This document shows positions 36,849 to 50,859 of a stretch of 64,000 nucleotides of DNA, piece after piece (position 1 is the stretch's first letter; each line of letters begins with the position of its first letter). The notes below the pieces were generated by a model that saw only the letters and a list, made by a program, of their open reading frames with translations, was not told the DNA's origin and did no database searches. The stretch is from Takakia lepidozioides (taxonomy: Eukaryota; Plantae; Bryophyta): the NCBI GenBank assembly GCA_030704615.1, contig CM060732.1:37944001-38008000 (forward strand). Direction: 5' to 3'. Both the position numbers and the translations under genes were made by a program.

Positions 36849-39800
36849 GTGGCGAGACTAAATTTGTTTGGGAGGGCTGATGCCTGGTATAGAATGCAAC
36901 AGCCACGCCCATCAAACTGGAATGAGTTACAGATCGGGCTTTTGAAGAAGTTCGGCTGCACGAATGAGGAGAAGCTTGCTGCTGCTACATCAAACCCTCA
37001 CGAGGAGATGGCACGGAGGCAGCCGTTGAAAGGTTCAAAAGAAGGAAAGCAAAATGATCTTGGTGGAAGGATGAAGTTATCAAATCCCAACAGGGACAAA
37101 GGCGAGCTGGCTGGCTCACTAAATCAGGTATGGAAGCCGGGAATCATGGCATCTAAGGAAGCCTACACTGATGGGCAGCCAGCAGCAGCTGTAGTAAAGC
37201 TGCTTCAGGAGGAAGAAAGAAGCCATGACGCTCCGTTGGCAATCAGCAATCTGCTTTCCACTTTGCAGTTAGGGCAGTACCTGCTATGGTTGGTGAAGCA
37301 GCTCGTTTTGATGAGGTGTTTTGTGATGATGAAGATCACATGTTGGCCTGCATAACTGCTACATTGAAAGAGCAAGACGCCAATGAATTGAGAATTCTTT
37401 GTGAAGATAATTCACTGACAGCACGCCCTGTAGCTGAGAGGGGACATTATAGCAAGGGAGAGACACAACACTTTAACAGTGGCGATGAGAGATGTGAGGC
37501 TCTCTCCAACTCTGGGAAAGGTGGAGATTTGGAGGATGGGGGGACGATGCCAGCCCACCAGTTGACTGGTGGCCCTCCACAAACCTTGTATCAGCAAAAG
37601 GAAGTGGCTTTGGGTGCAAAAGAGGATCATGTTAGTCTGCGTGAAGCGGCCCCTGAAACTGATGTGCAACGGTGCAATGCCACTCATGGTCTGAAGAAAA
37701 GGTGGATGCAAGAGTTCGAGGTGGCAGCCATGAACTCTGACAAGGAGAAGATGGAGCTAAGGCAGCAGCTGATGGCGATGGTTAATTATGAGTGCGAATT
37801 GCTTGCCAACCATGGGCGCAGCACGACCCCACAACTGAGGGAATTAGAGACTCACCTGGGCAGCCCTCAAGGGATCAATGCAGCCATCACAGAAAGGGGC
37901 GATGCCCCAGAACCAGTAAGTACGCACCACCAAACCTGGAAGCTGTCTCTAGAGTTTCAATGCTGCAATGCGGTGCTGAGCAAGTCAAAGAACAGGAAGG
38001 GACGATCAGACATGTCAAAGCCAGGGAAGAGGCCGTCCGGAAGCCAGCTGAATGGCAAAAACATGAAACGGAGATGTCACAATCTACACACTCCCAAGGG
38101 AGCTGGGAAGCATGTAAAGAATTGCAGGAAGAGAAGAAGAAGTTGGGAACGATCAACTTACTGAACAGCCTCCACACACAAACGGGGACCACAAGCCAGT
38201 CAAGAAAAGGGAAGGGTGCCAGTGGAATACAAAGCAAGCTGAAGGGTGTTTCCAGGCTGTGGAAGCGGTTGAGTGGAAGAAAGGCCAAGGATAGAAATGT
38301 CTCTGGCCATCAAGAGGGGGGAATGGATATCGATACCAGTACAGGCACTTGTGAGCATGAATGCCTGGAGAATTCCAGAGATGGATCTGCAACGGAGTAA
38401 GGGAGCCTTGTTTTGCCAAGAAGCTCAAGGTCATGAGCCAGTATTGGTGGCTATGAGTGAGGCCTTATCGGATATACAGCCAATATGCCAACCCGGTGAA
38501 GGCGAGTGTTATGCCGTGGTCTGGAGGGCTGCACACATGCAGAAAGGCCCATATGCTGCAAGCAACGTGCAAATCGGAACCAACAGTACAATGATGTATA
38601 GGGACAAGGAGAGAAAGAACTCCAAGGGTTTCTTTCTTCTTGAGATAGTGATCTCTCTAGGGTATGCACATGCTAGATTGTATTGTTGTGGGCAGGAAGG
38701 TAAGAGGCTGGAGTCTCAAGTTTCCAGAGAGGTGTGGTATGAATTAGACCCATGCAGTCTTGCTTTTAAGAGAGAAGAGTATCAGACGAGCGTGTGGGCG
38801 TTTGGGTACTTTAGGGAACAACTGGAGGGGCAACATTTCTATGTACTAACTGATCTAGACCCATACAGGTGGCTCTGGTCAGGGCACCATAAGGGCAAGA
38901 ACGTGCTGGAGGATTTTGTATTTGAATTTGTAGAAACCAGAGAGAGAGGCACCTAGAGGAAGGTGTCACTGTCAAGGGAGGCGTGAAAAAAACGGGCACC
39001 CTTGGGAGCACAGCCCAAAATGAGATGAAAAGAGTGAGTTTGGATGGCAATGAAGTGTTGCAAAGTGTCATTATAGCGAGTGAATGTGAGAAAGCTGAGT
39101 GTGAAGATTATCTGGCAGGAAATCTGAAGTGCAGGAAGGTGAAAGCTGCACCACATGAAGGGCAAGTAGCAGTGATTGGTGAGGCAAAGGAATCTGTCGC
39201 ACCATGAGCAGCCAAGGGTAACTGCACTTGTCACTTGCAGGAGCTATAGCAACGGCCTACCTTTTGGCCACACGGTGGATGAAAGGCAGCCTGCACTGGA
39301 TAGGGAAGAGGCAAGAATGCGTGATGAAGTAAGGGCGGCTGTTGAGCCTAACCATCATGACGGGTGGCAAGTGGTGTCTGCACAATCCACCAGGGAAGTG
39401 AGGGGCAGTGCCATACCCACGATTAACATGATGACTATAGGGCAGAAAGAAACACAGACGGACAAGGGGTGTGACAAGCCACCAGCTGCTGGTAGAATGA
39501 TCAAGACTCTGCCAACAGTGGTAGGCCCGCCTGATGGAAGCCATAACCTGGCCGAACAATTTGATGTGGAGAAACTGAATGATGAGGAGGGTGTGTGGAG
39601 CATGATGCCCCTCCTGCACGGTGTAATTCAGAATGTGGAGGGTGGCCAGAGTATACAAGGGAATACAGCTCAGGCTAATACACGGGAGATGGACATGCAG
39701 CCTGTTGTAGCTATGGAGGGCTTTCTGTTGTCAGCATAGGCTCCAGGTGACAACAGTCTTGGGAAAGGCAAATCTGAGCTAGGGCATTGTGCCACTGACA

Positions 39801-41590
39801 TTGGCTCCAATGAAAACATGACTGTTCGAGAGAGACCTGTGGAGGATGATTGGAACCAGCTGGAGTTGAGGCCATACCATGATTCAGTGGGTGGAAACCC
39901 GGAACTAGGGCATGAAGCACGGAGGAGACTGCAACTCTATAGATGCTGCAACCAGGGCAAGGAACAGAATGCAAGCACCTGTTTCTTGTCACCCACAAGC
40001 CATGAGGCTGACTCTGAATCAGCGATAAGTGCAGTGTGCAGGAAGCAGAGTGAACAGAAGGAGAGATCATCACTTGATTGGGAGCCCAGTGCGTTACCCA
40101 CAATTAATGTGGTTCAAACAAGAAAAGGGAAGCAGCGATTGGAGGAGCTGCATGGTTTCGCCACACAAGGAGATGACACCAGCAAGTGTACAATGCCAGG
40201 AGTGGGTACCCCTCTCTCAGAAACTTCTAGCAGTGGCAGCAGCCATAAGGATCAGGTAAGACAGCTAAGAGGAGAAGGCTGCAGCAGGGGCCTGTATTCT
40301 CAGGCAAGGTCTCCAGCCAGTATCATGGAAGACAAAGTCCACTGGCAACGCAACCTAGAAGAAAGGCATCACACCAGGGCCAGGGATGATTGCGAATTCC
40401 AGTTGTCAAAAAGGAGTGTATGGACAACCCCCACCAAGAAAGAGCAGATGAAGTTGCTGTTGGAAGCTGAACACTTGGGAGGAGAAGACAGCCTGCATGG
40501 TGAGGAGGAGATGGAAACGCCGCCCATAGAGGAGACACAACCTGACATCCTAGATGACGTTGGATGCATGCACATTTTAACGTTTGGGGAGCCAAATGAC
40601 TATCTAACCAAGGAGGAGAGGGCAAGAGCTGTGCGTAGGGCCAGGCAATACTCCTACGCAAAAGGGGAAGTCTTCTATGAGGGCAAGCTCGTACCACCAA
40701 AGGCAAACCGCCAAGCGATAATTCTGGATCTGCACACCATAATTGGGCATTTGGGAGTGCGAAAAACACAAGAGGAGATTTGCAGGAGATACTTCTGGCA
40801 CAACCAAACCCAGCTGATCCGCAACATGCTGCTGAAGTGTCCAGAGTGTCAGAGTGCCAGTCACAAGGGCTTGGTACGTTCAGGTTCATCCAGACTTAAT
40901 AGCATTCCCATTGTTGATCTGTTCTACCGAATAGCCATTGACACGGCAGACCCTTTTCCAGTCACCAAAAGAGGAAACAAATATGTATTGGTGGCCATTG
41001 ACCACTATGCCGAGTGGGTGGAGGCATGCCCAGTGTCAGGACATTCTGCAGCTCTAACGGCCAGATTTTTGGAAGAAGAGATAATTAGCAGATATGGGTG
41101 TCATGAGGTAATTCTTTCTGGATCTGAGTGGGGAGGTGAGTTTGCCAAAGTATGTGACAGATTTGGGATCAGACGAGAACACAGCGCACCGTATTGGCCA
41201 CAATGCAATGGGATGGTCGAGAGGATCATCAAGACCTTGAAGCAAAGCATCACAGCACTGGGAGTGCTTGGGGATGCCGAGTGGGACCAGAATTTATACA
41301 GGGCGCTCTTGGGCTACTGGATGTCAATACAATCTACCACACGATTTTCTCCTTTTCAGGTGTTGACAGGGCGAGTGCCAAGGCTGGGTGTGGATAATAG
41401 GTTATAAGATCTCACCCAAGTGGTGAATGCAGTGATTCGTCGGCAGCAATTGCTCGGCAGCTACAAGACAAAGTAAAGTTTTTGGCTGAACTAGATGCGC
41501 AGCTCAAGGCTAATGTTAAAATGGGACAAAGACAGCGGGCCAGGGACTATGAGAGGAGGCATAAGACGGCCATGAATATGCTGCAAATGG
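36849..41590 (+). mobile_element. Degenerate Ty3/gypsy element (gag, RNase H remnant, integrase)
   Basis: Gag-like LFGRADAWY...WNELQIGLLKKF; RNase H-like VWAFGYFREQLEGQHFYVLTD; integrase H..IGHLG...YFW...CPEC, RIAIDTADPFP, KYVLVAIDHY, PQCNGMVER. No RT seen. Possible PPT/LTR near 35973-36327. Confidence 0.85.
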
Positions 41591-42300
41591 GGGGGGGGGT
41601 TTGCGACTCCAGCCGCGCCTCCACGCCCCGCGCGGCGTCGATCGTGCGACGCCAACCCCGCGGAGCTTGTTTGCGACGTCAGGCCGTCGCAGCCAAACCC
41701 CGCGGGTCGCCACGTGACGTCGGGGCCAGGCGGCGACGCCTGGCCGTCGCACGGACGGATGAAGGGCAGTAGGCAGCCCTTCCATGCGACGCCCAAGCGC
41801 CGCCTCCAGCGAAGGGTAGAAGACAGCCCTTTCTGGCGACGGCCGGTCGTCGCAAGCCGAAAAAAAAACAGCCCTTTCTTGCCCTTTTTTTCATCGCAGC
41901 CCTTTCTTGCAACGCCCGGCCGTCGCATGGTGGCATGAAAGGCAAAAGCCCCCTGCGACAGCCGGGCGTCGCAAATAGCCCGGCTGCCCTATTCTTTCAA
42001 AACAAAAAAAACATGTCACAGTTTATGACGGCTTGCCGTCGTCGTTTGAGACCCCCGGCCTCATAAATTTATTCTTTCAAAACAAAAAAAACAGGTCACA
42101 GTTTGCGACGGCTTGCCGTCGCCGGTTGCGACCCCCGGCCTCATAAATCCAAAAAATCGTGTCGTAGTTTACGACGCGTGGGGGTCGCAGGCAGCAACGG
42201 CAGGGCTTTCTAGGTTTAGGTTTAGGGTCTTTGGGGATTCCTAGTTTTTTTTTTTTTCATATGGTACTGGGGTAAGGTGTTTGTTTTTCTTTATGGTTTA
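41590..42300 (+). repeat. GC-rich cgacg/cgtcg repeat segment of a TE, related in inverted orientation to 50035-50400
   Basis: gcgacggc..gccgtcg repeats, tagggt telo-box-like motifs, and catatggtactggggtaaggtgtttg...ctttatggt mirrored near 50038. Confidence 0.6.
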
Positions 42301-43499
42301 GCTTGTTATTGTGGACCTTTTTGTAGATTGTGACATTCATCTGTATGTGTTGTTCCAACATATTCATTGTCTCTGCCTTCTTTTTTGAAAGACTACCAGC
42401 CACAGCCATATTTGATCAATCATATAAATAAACTATAATATGCATGTACATGTACAATCAATCGAAGAGATGGGTCCAGTTCGGTGCGAGAATGTTATGT
42501 AGCTTTGATTTTGTGTCTAATCAACTTGAACATCATCATCCGGAGCTTCTTCATCCTCATCAAGCTGCAAATTTTCTTGGTCATCGGAGTCATCGTCATA
42601 AATGGTCCAGCCCTCAAAAAACACCTTCGAATCATCGTCCACCTTGTTGTCAATGGCCGTGTCTTCGTCTCCTTCTCCAACATCCGTATCTTCTGGAGCT
42701 TCATCATATAGGGTCCATGATACATTGTCCGAGGCGTCATCATCCTCTTCTACCCCCTCTACCCAAACTTCATCATCAGCATCATTATGACCAGTCTCTC
42801 CGTCCACCGCAATTGCCTCACCCAATGGAGATCCGAGACCATGATAGATACGTCTTCCTCTTGGCTGAGCATGCACAACCACCTTCCAATTTGTCGAGCG
42901 GCTTTTACTCACCCATCCCTTCGCTATCCGAGGTGGAAACTCCAAGATAGAAGAGTTGGATATCTCTAAGCACTCAGCCCGCTCAGAACAATCAGTCATG
43001 ACCTACAGCTAGTGAATCATGGTTGTGCTTCCTATTTGTATTCCTTCTTGCCTTCATGTTATCAATTTATCTTACCGTGTATACTGAAGCATCAGATTGC
43101 TCCAGTATCTACTAAGTTCCAATTAATCATGCATTTATTCCACAACTTCTCTCGTGTCTCTATACACAGTATGTTTGTATCGATTCAGTATCGGATTAAG
43201 ATTAATCATGTATCATGCCTATGCCATGGTGTCTCTATTCTACCCTACTGTATAATTTTACAGCTTGCATGAACTAAACCTCATTCAAGTCATCATCTCC
43301 TCTTCACTGTTTTCCGCTCTCCGTTACGTCTCTTCCTCCCCTGAACAAATCGTCTTCCTCAAGAAGTGGTCCATTCCTTTTGCCGTTCTGCCTAATCTAC
43401 CCGCAAGCTGTTCTAACAACCTAACTAACTAACCATCACCCCTGAAGTAATACGTTCCCTCTGCAGATGTCGTTCCCTGTCAATGATAACTGTTCCTCA

Positions 43500-43670
43500 T
43501 GTACTGTGACACGCTGTGTCAAGCTGTACCGAGCTGTGACTGGCTGTGTAAAGCTGTGTCGGGCTGTGACTGGTTATGCAAAGCTGTGTCGGGTTGTGTG
43601 AAGCTGTGTCGGGCTGTGACTGGCTATGCGAAGCTGTGTCGGGCTGTGTAAAGCTATGTCGGGCTGTGTA
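43500..43670. repeat. gctgtg-type tandem minisatellite
   Basis: aagctgtgtcgggctgtgactggct repeats; a similar ctgtg array lies at 48060-48182. Confidence 0.8.
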
Positions 43671-43789
43671 ACCCCCCTAAAGCCTGCTTCTGCCACCCCT
43701 AAGGCTCATGTTGGTCTCAGTCTGCGCAAAAATTAAGGGTACCCCACAGAACCCGTAAAAGCATCTAAGTCCCAAGCAGCCCTCTAACA

Positions 43790-43806
43790 TTACCCCTCCC
43801 CCTCTC
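43790..43806 (-). promoter_or_regulatory. Polypurine tract before the putative 3' LTR (LTR starts at 43789 and runs leftwards)
   Basis: Minus strand GAGAGGGGGAGGGGTAA followed by TGTTAGAGG. Confidence 0.6.
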
Positions 43807-44292
43807 AAAAAGCCGTGTCCTCACGGTTTACTGTTTGGGATCAGCAAACCTTTGTGAGCGAGCACCCTTTTGTCGAAGAGAGTCTCGTGAAGGACTCCGT
43901 GTGCGAGCCCGAGTCCTGTCACTGGCTGATGGAAATGATTGAGCACTACCTGGAAATGTCTGACCCTCCTTTGGCTGATAACGAGGTAACCTCTTAGGCA
44001 TAGGAGATCACCGTCGTTTCTTCTCTGCCATCTGAAGTGCATAGTCCTATGCCATGTCAAAAGAGTCCTCTGAAGAAACAGTAGTATCAGAATCCTCGTC
44101 CCCCCTTAGGTGTTTTAACGGCCGAACTTTAAGTGGAATCCTGCGTGGCATACAATGTAGGCCCACTATGTCTGGAAGTTTAAACTGTACAACGTGTTGT
44201 AAGCGCTTGCAAGCAAAATTAATGAACGCCCTGAACTCTTTATCCGTATAGGTGAGAGGTGTGCCAATGACTTTGGAACAGTGTAAGTATTT

Positions 44293-47200
44293 CTAGGCTT
44301 CATGTCCCTTAAAGAAAATATCCTCAGGGCCGAATTTCTGTGTTGCCAAATTGTTCCAAGCCAAATTAAACCATGAACGAAGTTGGGAATCCTTCTGCAT
44401 CATAACTTTTGCATCATACAGGTACATATGAGGTGGCACTGAAGGTAAGACCCAATGATCCCCATTGGAATAACTCAGAAATCGTGATTGCATCTTCTGC
44501 TGTTCAATGTGATAACGTGCCATAAAACAAGCAGCATAGTATAATCCACAGCCCATGACAATACTAGATACCTCCTTGGTCTTGGTATAGATGTACCCAT
44601 GTACAACCTGGAAGGCAATTAATTCCTTCAGCATGGTACCTGCCTCAGACCAGTACCTTGCAAAGTGATGATCATTAATGGGTCGATTGTTCGGAAGAAC
44701 CTTAGTCCGAGTTGCCACTGGCAACCAAATGCGCATGATCTGATAGTAATGTGTCAACGACTGCATAGGACTAAATTCTTTCCAAGCCAAATCCAGCACA
44801 ATGGGAATTTGGTTGAAGGGCATAATCATAGCCCGACTGTACTCCCGTGCAGCAGGAGTCCTAGGTGGGTTAAAAGCAACATCCCCCCATACCTCAGGCT
44901 GTGGTTTTGCTGTAGTAGCAACAGGGTCAGCTACCTGCACAAGCACCTGCTGTGGTATTGGTACCATTGGCCCTTCTACCACTGGCATCTTCTGTACCCC
45001 GTGCGAAGAAGACTGAAAAATTAGAGTCATAGCATGTAAATAAGTAGCCATCAGCTGCTCCTCAGGAACAAAGACTCTCTTGTCAATATTTGAACTCAGG
45101 TCATCCACTTGAGTCTGCAGACCTTCTACATCCTCCTGTAGCTCCGCTATTCTAGTATAGACATTGTCTATAGTAGTTGTGGCAATGTTCTGCACCTGCA
45201 ATCTAAGCTCATTCATCTCGCCCTGGGTGAGCTTCCTTGGTGCTTTACCTTCTACCGGCCTTTGTGCTAACCATACCTACATAAGGGGTTATCCACCAAG
45301 TCCTGTGTGACACCCCTGAGAGTCTGCTCCTTCGTGAGTCTGTACACATCTAACTGCTGCTGTAAAGCCTCCATGCGCTTCGCATGAGGTTCAACCAGGC
45401 CCGCATAGGTAGCAGCCAGATTATTGGCTTCCTTCCAAGCCTTGTTAGCCACAGAGAGTTCATTTCTGTTGACCATGACTGTTTGTTGCAACTCCAGGAT
45501 GTACCTCTCTTGGTCAGCCTCAACCTGTCTATACTGTTGGAAAGTATTCTCATTGCGATAGATTGTAGCCTGCAAATCAACAATGAGTTTCCCTTGCTCT
45601 ATTATCTCAGCTTCTGTCATCATACATCCCTCCCCTTGTCTGTTAACTTCTAATGCAGTTTACTCTAGAGCAGTTGTTAGTGTAGCACATTGTATGGTCA
45701 TCCTCTGATGTACTGCCTCCAACTCTGTATGTAGTACGTTCACTTCTTGCAACTTGCCCTCATGCTTCACTTGCAATTGGTATAACTGTTGCTTATGTGC
45801 TTCATGCAACTGGTCCTGCTCGAGACTTGCTTCAATCAAATGTCCCTTAGCCAACTGCAAGGCAGCCTTTGTGTCCTCCAACTCTTGTTGTAAGTTGAGA
45901 TTGATCTCCTCATCTACCTTATTAGCACACTCAGTGGCAATTCGAGTCTCAAACTCCTTCCTGAGTTCTTCCCTCAAAGCTGCCAATTGTAGATGAAACA
46001 TGGGATTTCACATAAGTGCCCAACAAATTGAGTGTCCTGCTTACGGAACTCATAAGCATGGCCTGCTGGGGGTCATCATGGTGAACTTGCTGCTGTTCTC
46101 CCTGATCCTCCACAGTGTGATGCTTCACCAACCATTCAGTCCATTGCCGCACCAGATCCTCTTCCTGAACCACCTCATCATCCACAGGTGCTGCAGTGTC
46201 CTTATATTCTACCCCTGGTACCTCCGTCACAGGTGTGGGTATTACATGCACAGCAGGGATTTCCCTAGACAGACTCTGCACCTTTGGTACCACTGATTCC
46301 CTGACCAAGCCAGAGTTTTCATAGAGAAGGTCACCCTTCTCAATTTCTGCCACGACCTGCTCTGTAGTGGCTCTGGTGGAACAGCATGTATTAACTAAGG
46401 TACCTCTGAGACAACCGATTCAACTGGCTGTGATAGTTGTGGTACCGAAGTGACTTCTTCTTCCATCTCCAAAGGTCGTGCTTTTAGTAATAACAGCCCT
46501 TTGTGCTCCTGTGCCCCATCCTGTACAAGAGCTTGGGAAACATCATCTTGCGGCTTTCTTGAAGCCAGTGGATCCGCCACTACAATCATACCCCTCTTCT
46601 GTCTCTTAGACTGGTATTGCTTTGTCAGTCCACCATCACTATGTGAAGAATCCTTCTCCTCCATTGCAGTGGTTGTTGCCTCAAACACTCCCATTTCCTT
46701 ACGTTCTCACGCATCAAGTATGCAAGAGTCAAGAATAATCTGAGCAATGACTGGGCCAGACACGATGAGTGCCCTCTAACCTCTTCATCTCTTCCACCAG
46801 ACCATTATACATTAACTCTGCCCAAGCTACATCCTCTCCCCTCAAAGCTTTCAGGATCTCCTCTGTGAATAACTTGCTCAAATATTGTTGGTTCTGTTTC
46901 ATGGCAAACATAATGTTCAATATTTGGCCAACTTCTCTGAGCCCTGGGTACTCGGCTTTGGTACAAGCACAACCTTGAGTCTTAAAGAAACTCCCTTCTT
47001 GGAACAGATTCCCTATCTGCAATCTTGCCCTGTGCTCATCCACATCCACATGACCCGATGGCAAATCAAACAATTGCTGCAGGTACTGGGGAGTAATTTC
47101 TATATCTACTCCCCTCACCTGGGTTACTCCCGTCCTAGGCTCAAAGTTCTGAAGAAATTGAAGCATATACTGCCGATGATGCAAGGACCAGTCCTTGCGT

Positions 47201-47991
47201 AGCAGCCCCTCCAATTGCAACTCCCTCGGCAGCTGCACTGCCTGCGGTGTAGCAATTGTTTGCTTCTGCAGTATCGTGGTGTTCTTCACCCTGATATCCT
47301 CCATTCCCCTCACTCTCTTCATTCTAGACAAACAAAAAGGCCTTGTTTGAAACAGCTGAAGAAAAGCTTGCAGGACACAGAGCTTAAAGGTATGGTTGGC
47401 ACAGAATGGAATAGGTAAGAGCGTGTAAGCCTGTGGGGCTTGCAAGTATCGAGTGAGAGAGAATGCACTCTCAATTCGTTCGTCCTTGCGCCACTGCGTG
47501 AGTAGTAAAGCGAGCGTGTAATCCGTTATATCCGCCATAGCTACAAAGCTATAGCTTTGATTGCCCCTCCTGTCGAGACACGGGCTATTCGGAGCCACCC
47601 CGACTCTTCCGCTCATAACTCTTCCGATTTCTTGTTCTTGTTTCTTGGAGGGAACTACCTGCATAGGTAACTTTTTAATTCTACCCCCCTCCGTGGACAT
47701 TCCCACCTGGAATGTCCAGTAGGACAGCACATGTGGTAAAAATCCCTCTTTTCTGTACTCGGAAAGGGTTCCGTTACCCCTGCCCCGAATGCAAAAATGG
47801 GCCCACAAATAGTTTTGGCTGATGTACCGGGTAGGTACTTTGACGGCCCGATTTGTTCTCTTGCATGATGATACCCACTTCTGCAATTTATGCACAGCGG
47901 TGTGCTTCGCCCTAGTGATCACGTGTTCGTTTTTAGACATGCCTCCGACTTCCCCTGTTTGCGTGGCACATTCTCCGAGTTTGACTTCCAA
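44293..47991 (-). pseudogene. Long extra ORF downstream of integrase (env-position), broken by stops and frameshifts
   Basis: Successive same-strand ORFs. N-terminal LQFLQNF...VRGVDIEITPQYLQQLFDLP resembles the Athila env-like/Transposase_32 domain; long coiled-coil at 45267-46001. Confidence 0.6.
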
Positions 47992-48239
47992 ACTTCTCTT
48001 TCACTTGACGGCCACTTTTCTGACGTTAACCCGCGTCCACCTGTCACTGACCCAATGGACTGTGTAACCCGCATGGGCTGTGTTGGGCTGTGACAGACTA
48101 TGTCTAACTGTGGTGGACAGTGATAGGCTGTGTGACACTGTGATGGGCTGTGTGATGCTGTGGTGGGCTGTGATAACTGTGCGAACACCCATGTTCTCCG
48201 CTCAGGCCATACACATTCGGCTTTACGACAAGTGCTTCA

Positions 48240-49030
48240 TGCTCCATTGGTATTACCGGTACAGCCCGTGACTGTGTCTGTGTTTCAATATGCAAATCGT
48301 GTTGCAATGGTTTGTCGTGGATACCACTATATCCTTTCAACTTATTGGCATTGACTCTTCCCAACATCTCTTTGTTGATGGTTTGTAACATGGCGGTGTT
48401 GTTATCATACATCTTCTGTATGACATAAGGTCCTTTCCATGGTGATTTAAGCTTAGAAGCCTTAATCTTCCCCTCCTTCTGCAACCACAGAACCAAATCA
48501 CCCGTCTTAAAAGTTTTCAGTTTACCTTCATCAAATTGATCCTTCCTCTTAATCTGAATTCTGGTCATGTTATCTGCTGCATCAGCACGTACTTCTTCCA
48601 CATGGTATAATTCATGTTTCCTGACCTTAATTGAATCTTCCAATTCCATTCTCCTTCCCCATTCCGTTCTCATGGTAGGTAACAAGAACTCCACTGGAAG
48701 TAAAGCTTCCATACCATAAACTAATTGGAATGGTGTATACTTAGTGGTGACTTTATATGAAGTCGTGTATGACCACAAAGCCGTCAACAGCTTTGTATCC
48801 CAATCTGTTCTGTTTGCATTGACTATCTTAGCCAAGATAGTACATAGTATTTTGTTGGTAGCCTCTGCCTGCCCATTACCCTGTGGGTAATAAGTTGTAC
48901 TCTTCCTATGCACAATCATGAACTCTTTAGTCAATAGTTCTATGGTCTCATTAATGAAGTGACTTCCCTGGTCACTGATAAATTCCAGGGGACAGCCAAA
49001 TCTTGTCAGTATGTTCTCATACAGGACACC
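48240..49030 (-). pseudogene. Ty3/gypsy integrase, core and C-terminal part
   Basis: RFGCPLEFISDQGSHF, YYPQGNGQAEATNK, TPFQLVYG, LKSPWKGPY; 5' truncated. Confidence 0.92.
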
Positions 49031-50034
49031 TACGATCCCCCTCGACCCTACGCATCTCATCTACGTACTACTGGGGGAACCAACTGGTCACATCGGGCAC
49101 ATGCTCTGGCACAAATTCTACAAGTAGACTGGCGCGAAATGCCTCCTGTGCAATGTGATTGCGAGCTTGGGCATCAAGCCGTGGCTGCAATATGCGTAGT
49201 GAATGACGCATCAATACTTATGTCGTAATTTGGATTCATGTATGCTTACCAATCATACTATATTATTAGATAAACCTAAATGTACCTTAAATGAATGTTA
49301 ATGAGAGGGGTGGGAAAAACACTCACCTTTTTCGCATTCACAATCTTGTTCTTCTTGTAATGTTTTTCTTGACAACATGCGGTCGTCGCCTCGGTGGTCT
49401 GGTGCCGCCCGGCGGTATCTGTTCCCAACATTTAGTGCACCAACACTCAATCCTGTCCGGGGGGGGGGGTCAAAGGTGGACGTGGTTGGACGGGGTGGCC
49501 CGCGAGGGGGCAACCTACGGCGTGCCCGACTCGATCCCGGAGTGTCAACATCCTCCGCATCACCGCCCCGGTCCCTTCTACGATTGTGCCCGGTAGCCTG
49601 TATTGGATCAGGTGCAATGGGTGGCTCCTCGCCACGAAAAACAGTCGCTCTAGGACCACAATCGATATGTGGTACTACCTCCCCATCCTCGAGGGAGACG
49701 GGTCAATGTTTCCTCACCATCGCATCCTAATTAACACACACCACCAGCACTTTTATTTCTCATAAACCGTTGGGGAAAAAAACCCTTTGCCTCAGCCTCG
49801 AGACTTTCAAAATTGGTAACCAAAGGTGGAGCATCCCTATGGTGCTAGAGAGCCCAAGACAATAAATCCTTCCTCACGTTCTATCTTCAGGATGCCCACA
49901 CCATGGAAAAATTTGTTGAGACCCAGCACTTTGCGCTTATCAGATTGAACCACATTTGGGGTATGTGAATCCTAATTACACTGTTTATCCTTTCAACCCT
50001 AAGACCCACAACTAGAATCGCCAATCCAAAACCC

Positions 50035-50400
50035 AGCACCATAAAGAAAAGCAAACACCCTAACCCAGTACCATATGAAAAAAAACAAAATCAAAATAAA
50101 AACTAAGAACCCCAAAAGGCCCTAAACCCTAAACCCAGAAATGTCGACCGTCGCCTCCTGCGACACCCTCGCGTCGCGTTTTTTTCAAATTTTTATCTGG
50201 GGGTCGCACCCCGCGACGGAAAGCCGTCGCAGGGGGTGACGTGTTTTCTTATTTATGGGGCTGGGGGTCACAAGCAGCGACGGCCCGCCGTCGCAAATAC
50301 CATTTTTACATTTAAAAAAAAAGGCGAGGCGCAAGCGTACGACGGTCGGGCGCCGCGCCCTTTTTTTCCCCCTAAGTGCTTGAAGCACCTCTTTCCCCTC
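50035..50400 (-). repeat. GC-rich TE segment related to 41590-42300
   Basis: accataaagaaaagcaaacaccctaacccagtaccatatg...ccctaaaccctaaacc, then cgacg repeats. Confidence 0.6.
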
Positions 50401-50859
50401 CCATTTTCGTTTGTTCTTGGGGAGAGAGGTAGTTTTGAGAGTGGGGTTTAGGGTGGAGGAGAAACGCACTTGCTGCTGAGCCCGAGGTGGTCGCAAGGCC
50501 CTAAGGAGTTTGCCCCAACACCGCTCCAACACCCAAGGTAAGCACCGCCTCCTCCCTCACTTTCTCTCTTGCTTTCTTGCCCTAAGCGCGGGCTGATCTC
50601 TTTCTCCCCTATGTGGTAGGAACACCACGCAGAGGCGCAATCTAAACGAGCTGAAGAGAGAGAGAGCCGTGGTGAGCGGGGGAGAGTCGCCCTGCAGCGG
50701 CGGGGACCCGCGCCGTTGGTAGCCACGACAGCACCGCAACAGCTCGCTTGAAGCACCACCACCAGCAGCAGAGGTACGTCAGGGCAATTGCACTCTCCCT
50801 TTTCTTTCTGCTTCTGTTTACTGTTCAAAGGTAGTCTTCCTGCCCTAAGTTTAAATTTC

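Noticed and set aside
41590-50400. Single giant TIR transposon bounded by the GC-rich inverted repeats
   Set aside because: The arms are clearly diverged and unequal with no TSD; two related insertions fit better.
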